A DNA stretch of 64,000 nucleotides from a virus. The notes under the pieces were generated by a model. The model ran no database searches. It saw nothing but the letters and a program-made list of their open reading frames with translations, and was not told where the DNA came from. Below, in pieces: positions 40,101-48,129 of this stretch (position 1 is its first letter; every line of letters starts with the position of its first letter). The stretch is taken from the IMG/VR virus record IMGVR_UViG_3300020421_000003. One strand, written 5' to 3'. Made by a program: the position numbers and the translations under genes.

Positions 40101-40660
40101 TCAAGGAGCAGACCAACCCCAAATTTAGTAACTTTGAATGCAAACTTACCTATGGTGAATAGTATCTTGAATACCTTTACGGCACTCTCAGCATTCTTGG
40201 GGTTACTTAACCAATTTAATGCTCCAAATATAATCATATATTTGAAGACTTTGAATAGACCATTGAAAAGTCCACCAAGTGCATTTAACTTGGGTTTCTG
40301 CTTCTCAACTGCCTTTCTACCTTCCTCTTTGCCTTCTTCTACGCCCTTCTCTGCTTCGTCTTCTAATTTACCACGTTTCTTTTTTCGGAAAGTGCGTCGG
40401 AAATCCCGCATGGATGTAGTCCACTTGGTCTTATCCTTCTTATCTTTCTTCTTAATCGTCGTGACTTCTGTCTTGGAAGTGTCTGTAAGATACTCTTTCT
40501 CAAACTTTAGAAGCTCAGTAGTGTCATAAAAACTCTTGGCAATGCCATCCGTCACGCTCCCCATGCGATTGATGCCCTTACGCACCTGATCCATGTTTTT
40601 GGCGATACCTGATTTACCAGTTATCGGTTGAATTTTAACGAAACTACGGATTGCTGCCAT
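37106..40660 (-). CDS. tape-measure-like protein with lysozyme-like and M23-peptidase-like domains
   Basis: Helical and Gly-zipper N-terminal half; YE..SGGY...A.GAWQ...NQ...LSRVWAAIP; SPVVAGVDGKV...FHH...IIGLQG...HVH. Confidence 0.7.
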   Translation of the reverse strand: MAAIRSFVKIQPITGKSGIAKNMDQVRKGINRMGSVTDGIAKSFYDTTELLKFEKEYLTDTSKTEVTTIKKKDKKDKTKWTTSMRDFRRTFRKKKRGKLEDEAEKGVEEGKEEGRKAVEKQKPKLNALGGLFNGLFKVFKYMIIFGALNWLSNPKNAESAVKVFKILFTIGKFAFKVTKFGVGLLLDGLTNVIGNFKEEGPIRRAFRGILGVVQMMGGLAALRTAQYLIMPWKLMKDVNRLRMIFNMSNQQSAEQDANQKVRKSGYRDKKTGVIYSKEEYEAMKKSAARADRKNPGAGKAFEDRFGKESRFSKFKGKASAARKRFGAGANKAFGKLGGKLNVGMSVVGGAGRIASGLASGEKASSAIGAGVGQGVGGLVGGIAGTALLGPFLGPFAPIVGNAIGSFLGEWVGKELGPIMEPIFGPIGKAFKMMFEVVKMTIGPLFQQLAEPLGLIFGFIGQLGKVLMDAAKVLGDFIGFIFGGMMDAIKGTVQFVVNNAKRLMNPASVAGGIADALTFNLFDFDKENKKAAGGPVHMAAGGALQFGSHPDMLGMVGGLYLKTIVGSFGAFGFVGNKVKAVLAPDIQKIAGGLGVQVSTGGGGVAGGGVSNSVQFQASQSEKKKVEAVKNLTYKENIYNAIDKGLNKLLLSGIKIFNPELAKQIENQKNPGGQTPKSPRSTSSGGGSPVGEIEGGWAPVLNLILKYEAGSGGYDSMYPGTTLPGASGMPIADVASKATGAVGAWQNLPEYLNQRAVAVGLDPKKDIYNAENQQLIAEYLIGPGQAQVSKQMAKENPKEAMLRLSRVWAAIPKDDGGASFYAGDGVNVAHIKPQMMYDAFEQLAKGGRVKRGARVGMGEPTISVYEDVAEKTRKKKEIMGFAAGGLLATNGSVPDVHLTPQTPFSKYPLHHNKPDSDSYNNARLGGHPIVPRDYVIVRDFGDQSKDRGSPVVAGVDGKVVHASGYTVVIAKNGKDRMQFHHFDSIKASVGQMVNPNTIIGLQGNKPSGLVHVHLDATPSDHRSYAAHQLGGEFDSSSMTETSTAGSSGDANAGGGGDNKGGDTADAKPKTLEEMMEAFKSGLTSALTKISTNVPKDTPTKSAAEKPGNPVATSTSASTTEIKQLGSNQAKAVKNLKAIEEKARRDGESDFVPVVMEKLVVQKVRQTINTGGSTSAVYTKPSPLLTK

Positions 40661-40857
40661 TAGAGGGACATTCGTGACTGATCTTGTTGTTGCCTTCTTT
40701 CTTCCTCAGCAATGTGTGCGAGGAGAAGATTCACATATACATCACGCTCCCACGGTATCATATTCTCTAATTCTGTTAGCGAATACTTGTGGTGCTGCAT
40801 CAAGGCAAAGTTTGTCTTATAGTAGTTTTCAAGACTGTCATGCAGTAGGGCTATGCG
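40660..40857 (-). CDS. gp51: gp51-like baseplate hub/tail assembly frame (first ATG only at 40800; candidate -1 frameshift extension of gp26)
   Basis: Open frame RIALLHDSLENYYKTNFALMQHHKYSLTELENMIPWERDVY...SL*; stop overlaps the ATG at 40660. Confidence 0.7.
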   Translation of the reverse strand, partial: RIALLHDSLENYYKTNFALMQHHKYSLTELENMIPWERDVYVNLLLAHIAEEERRQQQDQSRMSL

Positions 40858-41555
40858 AAAAAACTCGCTAGTCCTTCAAGCACAACATCGGATACGACTT
40901 TAGTGTTGGGGTTAACAACTTCAATTGTATATGACAGTTTGGGCATGGTCTCAAAGAATTTCTGGACTTTAGCAAACTGCTCAGAATTCAAGTCTTCCAA
41001 GAATTCTAGTGCTTCTTTCTTAGTGAAGTTGTCATAGACTTCTTCCTTGTCGTAAACACTTTCAATACACCCTGCTGCCAACTCAAAGATATCCTCGATA
41101 TTGGGATCCTCCGACATATTTTGACTGATGAATACATCAATCGACGGATACTTCATAACAATACCTACATTATCATCGAGAAGCATTTTCTTCTCATGCT
41201 CTGCAGGAATAACCACCTCAACTTCATTGAGAGGGACCATCACTTCTACTTGGGTCTCATTATCATCGGGGCAGGTGATTTTGAATTCACTTGCTTCACC
41301 AACAGCAGTAGCACGAATGCGAAGGAAGATGTATTCGATCTCGAATGTTGCGAGATCTTCAACCTTACCTTTCAGGTTGGTGCAGTTTCTGATGATGGTC
41401 TTAACTGCCTTGATCATCTGCTTGTCGTCTTGCGACTCCATAGCGAGATACAGCAGTTTTTCCTCCTTAACGAGGAAAGGTCTATATGTGATTTTAGTGC
41501 CAGTAATAGGCAGTGTCAAATCATACTCGGGGATAGCGAGCTTAGGTAAAGGCAT
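40851..41555 (-). CDS. gp26: baseplate hub assembly protein gp26-like
   Basis: MPLPKL..P.Y.L.LP...YRPFLVKEEKLL...FF.TMPKL...LEGLASFF. Confidence 0.85.
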   Translation of the reverse strand: MPLPKLAIPEYDLTLPITGTKITYRPFLVKEEKLLYLAMESQDDKQMIKAVKTIIRNCTNLKGKVEDLATFEIEYIFLRIRATAVGEASEFKITCPDDNETQVEVMVPLNEVEVVIPAEHEKKMLLDDNVGIVMKYPSIDVFISQNMSEDPNIEDIFELAAGCIESVYDKEEVYDNFTKKEALEFLEDLNSEQFAKVQKFFETMPKLSYTIEVVNPNTKVVSDVVLEGLASFFA

Positions 41556-41580
41556 AATGCTCCATAACTATTAAATTTAT

Positions 41581-42336
41581 TTAGGTGCCAAAGAAGGATG
41601 AATCTATCTGATCGCTGGCAAATCCTAAACGCTCAAATATCTTATCAAAATTACGAATGACCTTATCACTTGCTTCAGGTTTGAAGGACAATACATCCTC
41701 TGCCACCGTGTCAAATCTAAATCTTTCGTATTTGAAGTCAACATCGATCTTCAGTAGATCTGCTGGTCCATTATTAAGAGTCATTGCTGAGATGTCAAAT
41801 GGATATGCACCATACATCTGCCAGACTGCAGTAGATCTATTCATTCTCTGCTCAAACTGAATTGGACGCCCAACACCATTATTGGCAGAACCCCTGTATA
41901 CAACGTTAGCAGCATTCTCCCATTTCAGGATCTGAATGCTTGATGTATATTCATCATAGAATGTAACTCTGTTTTCAGCGTCATTAGCAGTCATATTCAT
42001 CCAATTCTCAAAGAATTGACGATGATACATGTCCTTTGTCATAATAAAGGACATTCGGACTTCTTGCTTCTGCTGACCATATGCATAGTCATATGGCATA
42101 CCAACAGTCTTGACTGATTGTGTCTTAATCCTTCTAGCAGGGATAGTTACACTGTCAGCAAAATAGTTGATAGATTCGTAATGCTCTTTGAAACCAGGAG
42201 CTTTGCCAGGGACGGCATACATCATCGCGGGGAGAGTAATCTCCACCGAGAATAGATTCGACTTTGCAATATCTTTCTCGCCACTACTGACTAGATCAGA
42301 AAATCGGAGAAAACTATTGGGATTTCTGTAACTCAT
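41581..42336 (-). CDS. tail tube-like protein (gp19/gp54-like)
   Basis: N.F.V.I, SVTIP.R, FFENW, YGAYP..I...L, V.F.Y. Confidence 0.65.
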   Translation of the reverse strand: MSYRNPNSFLRFSDLVSSGEKDIAKSNLFSVEITLPAMMYAVPGKAPGFKEHYESINYFADSVTIPARRIKTQSVKTVGMPYDYAYGQQKQEVRMSFIMTKDMYHRQFFENWMNMTANDAENRVTFYDEYTSSIQILKWENAANVVYRGSANNGVGRPIQFEQRMNRSTAVWQMYGAYPFDISAMTLNNGPADLLKIDVDFKYERFRFDTVAEDVLSFKPEASDKVIRNFDKIFERLGFASDQIDSSFFGT

Positions 42337-42806
42337 TAAACTCGACTCCAGATGTGACTGCTAGGGACTTCGATCCAGCGACCTGCTGCATTAAATAAGA
42401 ATTGCTCGATAGGCAATGGAGTCATATCCTGCAGATCAATCGGTTTAACAGTGTAAATGTTGGTAGCATTTGACATAAAGTATTTATGATAGCAACGGGC
42501 AGGAAATGCGGGACTGCCCATAGACCACTGTGCAGCGATTGTCTTTCGTGCTGTTGGTTGTAGATAATGTAAGTTACCACCTGAGAATTGCATGTTACGT
42601 TTATCCAGATCGGATATTTGCACCATGGGGAATCTGTCATAAAATGACAGTTTCTCAGTTGATGCAGAGTATGCAAAGAAGATGATGTCACCAACTGCAA
42701 AGTTGCCCTCATAGGGATCCATACCATATTGCAGTTGAGAGCGATACCACTCTTTAGATTGCTTCTTGCCTTCTGCAAGATCTTTAACATCAGTGAAGAT
42801 GCTCAT
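42336..42806 (-). CDS. gp2: DNA end protector protein
   Basis: WY..., FFAY.A..EKL.FYDRFP.V, GGNLHYL.P; adjacent to gp4. Confidence 0.75.
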   Translation of the reverse strand: MSIFTDVKDLAEGKKQSKEWYRSQLQYGMDPYEGNFAVGDIIFFAYSASTEKLSFYDRFPMVQISDLDKRNMQFSGGNLHYLQPTARKTIAAQWSMGSPAFPARCYHKYFMSNATNIYTVKPIDLQDMTPLPIEQFLFNAAGRWIEVPSSHIWSRV

Positions 42807-43237
42807 ACGTTTAACTCTTTTTCTGTGAGAATTAGGAATTCCATACGACGATCCTTACAGTATTCTCTTGCTGCCTTCCATTTTGCTTGGTTGACACCGT
42901 AAGTTTTCACTTCAGTTATATATCGTTTAGTCTGCCTCTTCGGTCTCTTCGGGGGCGCACACTGGACCTTCGGTTTAACTTCGATAATGAATTTCTGAGT
43001 CCCTCCGTTTCTAGTTCGTGCTCTGACGTAGAAGTCGGGAAAATAGCGGTGAATCCGACCATCAACAGGACTGATGTATGGAATAACGATCTCTTCACTT
43101 CCCCACTCCAATACATTTACATTCTTATCACACCAGACCATAAACTTTCTTTCCCACAAACTCCTATAAATAATATTAGTGGGATCACCCTTATACTTAT
43201 GTCTATTTGATGGTCTGTATTTGCCAGAGTAACTCAT
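42803..43237 (-). CDS. gp4: head completion nuclease
   Basis: MSYSGKY.P.N..KYKGDP.NIIYRSLWE, WGSEE, RYFPDF, IEVKP, VNQAKW. Confidence 0.92.
   Translation of the reverse strand: MSYSGKYRPSNRHKYKGDPTNIIYRSLWERKFMVWCDKNVNVLEWGSEEIVIPYISPVDGRIHRYFPDFYVRARTRNGGTQKFIIEVKPKVQCAPPKRPKRQTKRYITEVKTYGVNQAKWKAAREYCKDRRMEFLILTEKELNV
43165..43172 (+). promoter_or_regulatory. late promoter TATAAATA for gp48/gp53 (inside gp4)
   Basis: Exact consensus on the plus strand ~65 nt upstream of 43236. Confidence 0.7.
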
Positions 43238-44168
43238 GCCGAAGTCAAATTTGTTAATTTTCCCTAGGGTCAAACCCATGGGCACATCAGGTAGTAGTAG
43301 AGCATCTGTAAGGGAACAAGCAAGTTACCCAACAGAGGTTGTAGACTATCTTAAGTTAAATATTTATAAGCACGCACGGGGTGATAAAGCTCAGAATAAG
43401 GGTAGTGGCAACATTGAAAAGACCCTCTACCTCTATCTTCCCCCTGGTTTGAATGAGAGATATTCTGCCAAGTATGAAGGTAAAAACCTTGGTGCAGTTG
43501 GTAAGGCAGTAGTTGATGCTGCTGCTGACGTGGTGCAGAGCGGTGGATCGCTTGAAGGTATTGGTGATAATGTTTCAGCAGCGGCAGCTGCAGCAAAACC
43601 TGCTCTAGGATTTAAGCTTGGTGCTAGCGCAATCAACACGGTGGTGGGTGAAGTGTCACCTTACGGATTCAACATTGATTCTAACGATCTTGCCCAACTA
43701 ACGAAAGGTAAAGTATTCAACCCTTATGAAGAGATGCTCTTCAAAGGTGTTGGATTTATCTCTCATAGTTTTAAGTTTACCTTTGTGCCTAAGAGTGCTG
43801 CAGATGTGCAGACGATCTATGAGATCATCAGTTGTCTTAGACAATCTATGCACCCATCAAAGAAAGGAAACGACTGGTTAACCATCCCTGACAAATTTGA
43901 TGCAGAGATTGTTAGGTATGAATCAACTGGTAGTGATGAGAAACTAGGTGGAGGTAAGGGAAAAGGTGGGTATATGAATGCCCTACTACGTTTTCCTTAC
44001 AAAATGGTTTTGCAAGACATGAGTGTTGACTTTGGCGATTCAACTGCTATTCGCACCCAAATGCCTGGAGCTATTGCAAATGCAGACTTTGGTTTTGCTG
44101 TCTATAACATGACTATCTCTCTCCAAGAGACCAAATACCGCACTCGCGAAGACTTCAAGGACGACTAA
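43236..44168 (+). CDS. gp48: baseplate tail tube cap
   Basis: LYLP, FNPYEEMLFKGV...H.F.F.FVPKS..D...I..I, L.IPD.F; synteny with gp53. Confidence 0.8.
   Translation: MPKSNLLIFPRVKPMGTSGSSRASVREQASYPTEVVDYLKLNIYKHARGDKAQNKGSGNIEKTLYLYLPPGLNERYSAKYEGKNLGAVGKAVVDAAADVVQSGGSLEGIGDNVSAAAAAAKPALGFKLGASAINTVVGEVSPYGFNIDSNDLAQLTKGKVFNPYEEMLFKGVGFISHSFKFTFVPKSAADVQTIYEIISCLRQSMHPSKKGNDWLTIPDKFDAEIVRYESTGSDEKLGGGKGKGGYMNALLRFPYKMVLQDMSVDFGDSTAIRTQMPGAIANADFGFAVYNMTISLQETKYRTREDFKDD
43361..43368 (-). promoter_or_regulatory. late promoter TATAAATA for gp4 (inside gp48)
   Basis: Exact consensus on the minus strand. Confidence 0.6.
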
Positions 44169-45136
44169 TGGCAAATTATTTCTCATACTTACCTGATGTA
44201 TTCGTAAGGACATCCAGTTATCGCACAGGTAGCAATGATCCTTACGTCCAGGCAAAGAATCTATTCCGTCGTATTAAGATACGAGATGATATAAGTGATA
44301 TCATTCTTGGATTTGAAAAATACATCATTCAACACAACGAAAGACCCGATCAGATTGCTGATAGGGTGTATGGTAACGTTGAATATGATTGGGTCGTGCT
44401 GCTCACTAATAACATCATCAACGTATATGATGAATGGCCTATGACTGAGGAGGAGATGTACTCAATGATGGTCCGTAAATACGGTAAAGACCATGTAGAG
44501 AGTATTCATCACTGGGAAACGCAAGAGATTAAAAGCACACGAGGTGATGTAGTCCTTAGAGCAGGATTTGAGGTCCCTCAGGACTTCGTATACAGGAGAC
44601 CTGATGGCACGAATATCCCTAGAGAAGAGTTAGTTAGACCTATCTCTAACTATGACTATGAATCTCAGTTGAATGACTACAAGAGAGGCATTCACGTCCT
44701 GAAACCTCAATATATCGACGCATTCGTTGAAGAGTTTGAGACTCTCGTCGAATACCTTCCTTCTAATGAAGTTGATCCTGCTACAGGCATTAAGAAGACT
44801 GTTAACATTGTTGCAGAGGCATTTACCAACGTCAGACCCACATATCAGACTCTTGTTGGTCAGACACCATCTATCGAATTTGCATCTCAACAAGAATTCA
44901 CCTCCAGAAACTTCGGATCTACTGATCCTACTATCTCTGAAGGTGATATACTTGCTGACGGTAGCACCGTTGCAGTTACTGTCTCTACAGGCACTAGCAC
45001 TGCTGCTGTTGAGCAAGCAGGTCAGATGGATACAACTGAGACTAACCAATATGGATCTGCTGGATCTTCTACTGGTCAGACATCAGGATCATCACAATCC
45101 TCAGGATCGTCCTATAGCGGTGGTGGTGGATATTAA
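44168..45136 (+). CDS. gp53: baseplate wedge subunit
   Basis: YFS.LP, KNLFRR, ERPDQIA..VYG...YDWVVLL.NNI....EWP, IHHWET; S/G/T-rich tail. Confidence 0.88.
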   Translation: MANYFSYLPDVFVRTSSYRTGSNDPYVQAKNLFRRIKIRDDISDIILGFEKYIIQHNERPDQIADRVYGNVEYDWVVLLTNNIINVYDEWPMTEEEMYSMMVRKYGKDHVESIHHWETQEIKSTRGDVVLRAGFEVPQDFVYRRPDGTNIPREELVRPISNYDYESQLNDYKRGIHVLKPQYIDAFVEEFETLVEYLPSNEVDPATGIKKTVNIVAEAFTNVRPTYQTLVGQTPSIEFASQQEFTSRNFGSTDPTISEGDILADGSTVAVTVSTGTSTAAVEQAGQMDTTETNQYGSAGSSTGQTSGSSQSSGSSYSGGGGY

Positions 45137-45375
45137 ATAAGTCCTTTCTCTTTTGCTACATGTAGCAATTCTTTCAAATTACCCACATGTTGTGCTCCAA
45201 GTGCAATTTGTGGGTATTCTGCTTTTGACCCAAATTCGTTTTCAAACGCTCTTTGATCAAAATGCTGATCTAGGCGATATTCGAGATATTCGCCATCTAG
45301 TGCTTTTAGCAGTTGTGCTGCTCTCTCACATTCTTGACTTCCATTAGAATAGATTACTGCGGTCTGAGGGATCAC
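45133..45375 (-). CDS. glutaredoxin-like protein (SxxC)
   Basis: IYSNGSQECERA, EFG..AEYPQI. Confidence 0.7.
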   Translation of the reverse strand: MIPQTAVIYSNGSQECERAAQLLKALDGEYLEYRLDQHFDQRAFENEFGSKAEYPQIALGAQHVGNLKELLHVAKEKGLI

Positions 45376-45376
45376 G

Positions 45377-45562
45377 TTACTTCTCCTTGTGGTCGTAGGT
45401 AATTACTATCTTTTGATGCTGTGTCCTTTTATCAGTGCAAATGTAATGGTTTGCTTTACCATCCAATATTTTGCATATATTATCTAGTTGTATTTGTACT
45501 GCAAACTTCTTAAAATTGTCATCAATCCCTGGTCTTTCCTGTGGTTGGTTAAAGTCATCCAT
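45377..45562 (-). CDS. hypothetical protein
   Basis: 61-aa ORF coupled to neighbours. Confidence 0.6.
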   Translation of the reverse strand: MDDFNQPQERPGIDDNFKKFAVQIQLDNICKILDGKANHYICTDKRTQHQKIVITYDHKEK

Positions 45563-45869
45563 AAGTAATCACAATTTTGTTGTCTAGGTATTCAACTTCA
45601 GCATTCAGTAAACCACCTGCTCTTCTGATGAGAGCAAGTCCTGCAATTCTATCCGCTTCAGGACCAGATTCAGGTTGCTCTCTATGCTTCTTCCACATCT
45701 CAGCAACCATATCGACAGGCTCTGGTGTGTTGTAAGGCAGTGCAGGAGCGTTATACCACTCATCAATTGCTTCCTGTGTAGGAATACTAATAGAAAAAGC
45801 AAGTCCCTCTTCACGAAACTCATCTTCCATCTTTTGATAAGTTTCTGGCGTGATATTCGCATCATTCAT
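45555..45869 (-). CDS. hypothetical protein
   Basis: ITPETY.KM..EF motif. Confidence 0.6.
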   Translation of the reverse strand: MNDANITPETYQKMEDEFREEGLAFSISIPTQEAIDEWYNAPALPYNTPEPVDMVAEMWKKHREQPESGPEADRIAGLALIRRAGGLLNAEVEYLDNKIVITYG

Positions 45870-46165
45870 AATGTCCTTTCCAGTCTTTCAGTTGGTTGGT
45901 CTGGGAAATCTCTTGGTCTACTATCAGCGGCATTATCGGTCCTAGGGGATCCTTCGTTTGCCTTCATAGTGTGCTGATAGTTTGCTCTCTTATATCTCAT
46001 ATAAAATGGATCAGGCATCCAATAGGTTACCTGCCATTCTTGGTCTGGACACAATTCAAGGTGTTTCTCTACACTATGTGAAAAACTACCAAGTTGGATA
46101 TAACCGTCATGACTGACACACCTGCCGTTGCCCGTATCAACCAGAAATAGCATTTTACTGCTCAT
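45866..46165 (-). CDS. hypothetical protein
   Basis: HDGYIQLGSFSHSVEKHLEL...WQVTYWMPDPF; likely start MSSKML. Confidence 0.65.
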   Translation of the reverse strand: MSSKMLFLVDTGNGRCVSHDGYIQLGSFSHSVEKHLELCPDQEWQVTYWMPDPFYMRYKRANYQHTMKANEGSPRTDNAADSRPRDFPDQPTERLERTL

Positions 46166-46293
46166 AGCACTTTTTGCTCTGGATTGAGGTTTTTCACGAA
46201 TTGCACTGGATCCTCTTCTGACTTGTGTACCCAATGATAGCGCATACACTCAAAAATAGGATCCCATGTTTGGACACAGACATAATCAGTCAC
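46162..46293 (-). CDS. small hypothetical protein
   Basis: GTG start; DYVCVQTWDPIFE..RYHWVHKS. Confidence 0.55.
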   Translation of the reverse strand: MTDYVCVQTWDPIFECMRYHWVHKSEEDPVQFVKNLNPEQKVL

Positions 46294-46600
46294 GTTGTCT
46301 CCAATCATCAGGTTTTTCTTGATGAAACCAACTCTTAATGTCGTCAGCGTCAGTAAATCCCGTTTTGTGATTGGCTGGGTCGGGATCACCTAATCCCAGC
46401 CTATTCAGAAAATCGTCTGTGCTGCCTTCTTCAATATTGTATGTAATCTGGCGACGTGCTATTTTCAACATTTCATTAGCAGAGGTATTTGCCTTTGCTA
46501 GTTTGTTTGCCCAGATCATGTCGTCTAGTTTGACTTCTTCGCCGTTAGCAATGCGCTTACAAATAAATTCCATTCGTAGGCGATAAGCAGTTGATAACAT
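46286..46600 (-). CDS. conserved cyanophage hypothetical protein
   Basis: MLST.YRLR.E.IC...DDWRQRD. Confidence 0.75.
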   Translation of the reverse strand: MLSTAYRLRMEFICKRIANGEEVKLDDMIWANKLAKANTSANEMLKIARRQITYNIEEGSTDDFLNRLGLGDPDPANHKTGFTDADDIKSWFHQEKPDDWRQRD

Positions 46601-46708
46601 TAATTACACCCTTTATCACTGATATTTAGGAAAAACCCTGGAGACGAAAAATTACCCCGAATTTTTTTCCGCCGATCCTGTAAATCAAAAGTCAAATAAT
46701 ATATGGGG

Positions 46709-46978
46709 TCAGCACGGTCTATACTTTAGACGTGTCTGCTTCTCGTAGTAACCCTCGACGTATTCATGACGCCCTAACCAGTAGCCAGGGATCCAAACAC
46801 GTCGGGTTACTTGCACCTCACACATGCGTCTACGGGGTCTGTAATAGTCCCTGTGGATGTGTGATTCATGATAATGGTAATGCCGATCCCCTTCAAACGG
46901 CTCCCAGAATTCCTTCCAGGTTAGAGCGTTGGCAGGTGCCGCGCAGAGCAGCAGAAGGGGAAGGGCAAGTAGTTTCAT
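46709..46978 (-). CDS. secreted hypothetical protein
   Basis: Signal peptide, His/Arg-rich stretch, WIPGYW. Confidence 0.6.
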   Translation of the reverse strand: MKLLALPLLLLCAAPANALTWKEFWEPFEGDRHYHYHESHIHRDYYRPRRRMCEVQVTRRVWIPGYWLGRHEYVEGYYEKQTRLKYRPC

Positions 46979-47916
46979 CAGTCGTTAGCGAGTGCAGCGA
47001 AGTAGTCCAGGTCAGGACCATCGTCTGCTTTGTTTAACTCTTCAATCTTAGCACCGAATCCACTGGGTGTGGTGTCAGGTTGTGACAGTGGTGCAACTGA
47101 CATGATGTCAGGAGAGTTGAAGTTTCCACGACCCTCAGACTCATCCTCAAAGGACTCGTCACGAGTGCGGACCTGAGTGCGACCCTTGTTAAGGACCATA
47201 TTCAGACGCTCTTCCAACTTCTCATAGGATTTGAATGCAGTAGGATCAGTGAATTCCTTGAGGGAATACTGAGACTTCCACAGTGCTTCCAGTTTGTCAT
47301 CATCGAAACCACCCAGCGTAGAAGGTGATGCGAAGTCAGACTTATCATAATTCCAGTAACCACCAATGGTCTGGATCTTGATACGGAAGTCAGCACCTTG
47401 CCAAAGATCAAAAGGATTGATAGGCTCTTCATCCTCAAACTGAGGTTGCATAGAGGACACCACTTTGTCGTGGATCTTCTTGCCATACTTATACAGGAAT
47501 ACTTTACCCTCATTCTGAGGATTCAGTTGATCCTTCACGACATAGATGTTGCTGTAGTAAGAGAGCTTACGCTTCTGCTTACGAGCAATCTCTTTATCAG
47601 AGTCAAGACCGCTATTCCAGAGTGTGCGATTCAATTCACCAACAGGATCTTTCTGACCCAATGTGGTGAGAGAGTTTTCAATATACCATCCGCCAGGACC
47701 TTGGAAAGCGTGGCTCCACACCTGTGCCCAAGGAAGGTCTTCACCATCAGGCTCAGGGAGGAAACGGATCACGGCATAACCGTTACCGCTCTTGTCCACC
47801 CCAGGTTTCCAGAGTCGCTCATCAGGACCAGCGCCTTGGGGTTTGGACATCTTCTCAATCTGTTGAGTCAGCTTGTCAAACGTGCCTGACTTCTTCTTGA
47901 GACTTGCAAAAGACAT
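46978..47916 (-). CDS. gp32: single-stranded DNA-binding protein
   Basis: MSFASLKK, DERLWKP..DKSGNGYAVIRFLP, GGWYIENSLTT, acidic C-terminal tail. Confidence 0.95.
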   Translation of the reverse strand: MSFASLKKKSGTFDKLTQQIEKMSKPQGAGPDERLWKPGVDKSGNGYAVIRFLPEPDGEDLPWAQVWSHAFQGPGGWYIENSLTTLGQKDPVGELNRTLWNSGLDSDKEIARKQKRKLSYYSNIYVVKDQLNPQNEGKVFLYKYGKKIHDKVVSSMQPQFEDEEPINPFDLWQGADFRIKIQTIGGYWNYDKSDFASPSTLGGFDDDKLEALWKSQYSLKEFTDPTAFKSYEKLEERLNMVLNKGRTQVRTRDESFEDESEGRGNFNSPDIMSVAPLSQPDTTPSGFGAKIEELNKADDGPDLDYFAALAND

Positions 47917-47958
47917 GTGTTTCTCCGTTGTGGTTGTGTGTTTTGTATTTGCCACCGT

Positions 47959-47990
47959 ATTATAGTGGCATAGTATTTAGCGTTTGTCAA
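47959..47990 (-). promoter_or_regulatory. composite promoter upstream of gp32
   Basis: TTGACA...TAAATA...TATAAT; the -35/-10 spacing is 20 nt (non-canonical). Confidence 0.45.
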
Positions 47991-48129
47991 CCGCCTGTGT
48001 GCGGTTTATGATCAGGACCTTCTCACCATCGTGGGTGAATTGTAACTCGTCATCAGGGTCCCACAGCAGCTCCTCGTATAGGTCATCGAGTTTCTGCATG
48101 TCCTCATACAGTTGGTTAGGATTTGGCAT
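47977..48129 (-). CDS. small hypothetical protein (50 aa)
   Basis: MPNPNQLYEDMQKLDDLYEELLWDPDDEL...; AAGGAG RBS. Confidence 0.65.
   Translation of the reverse strand: MPNPNQLYEDMQKLDDLYEELLWDPDDELQFTHDGEKVLIINRTQAVDKR

Noticed and set aside
40674-40871. Plus-strand 65-aa ORF in the gp26/tape-measure gap
   Set aside because: Antisense to the gp51-like frame, which carries recognisable conserved sequence.
42803-43237. TnsA-like nuclease suggesting a Tn7 element
   Set aside because: Matches head completion protein gp4 in its normal context; no TnsB/C or terminal repeats.
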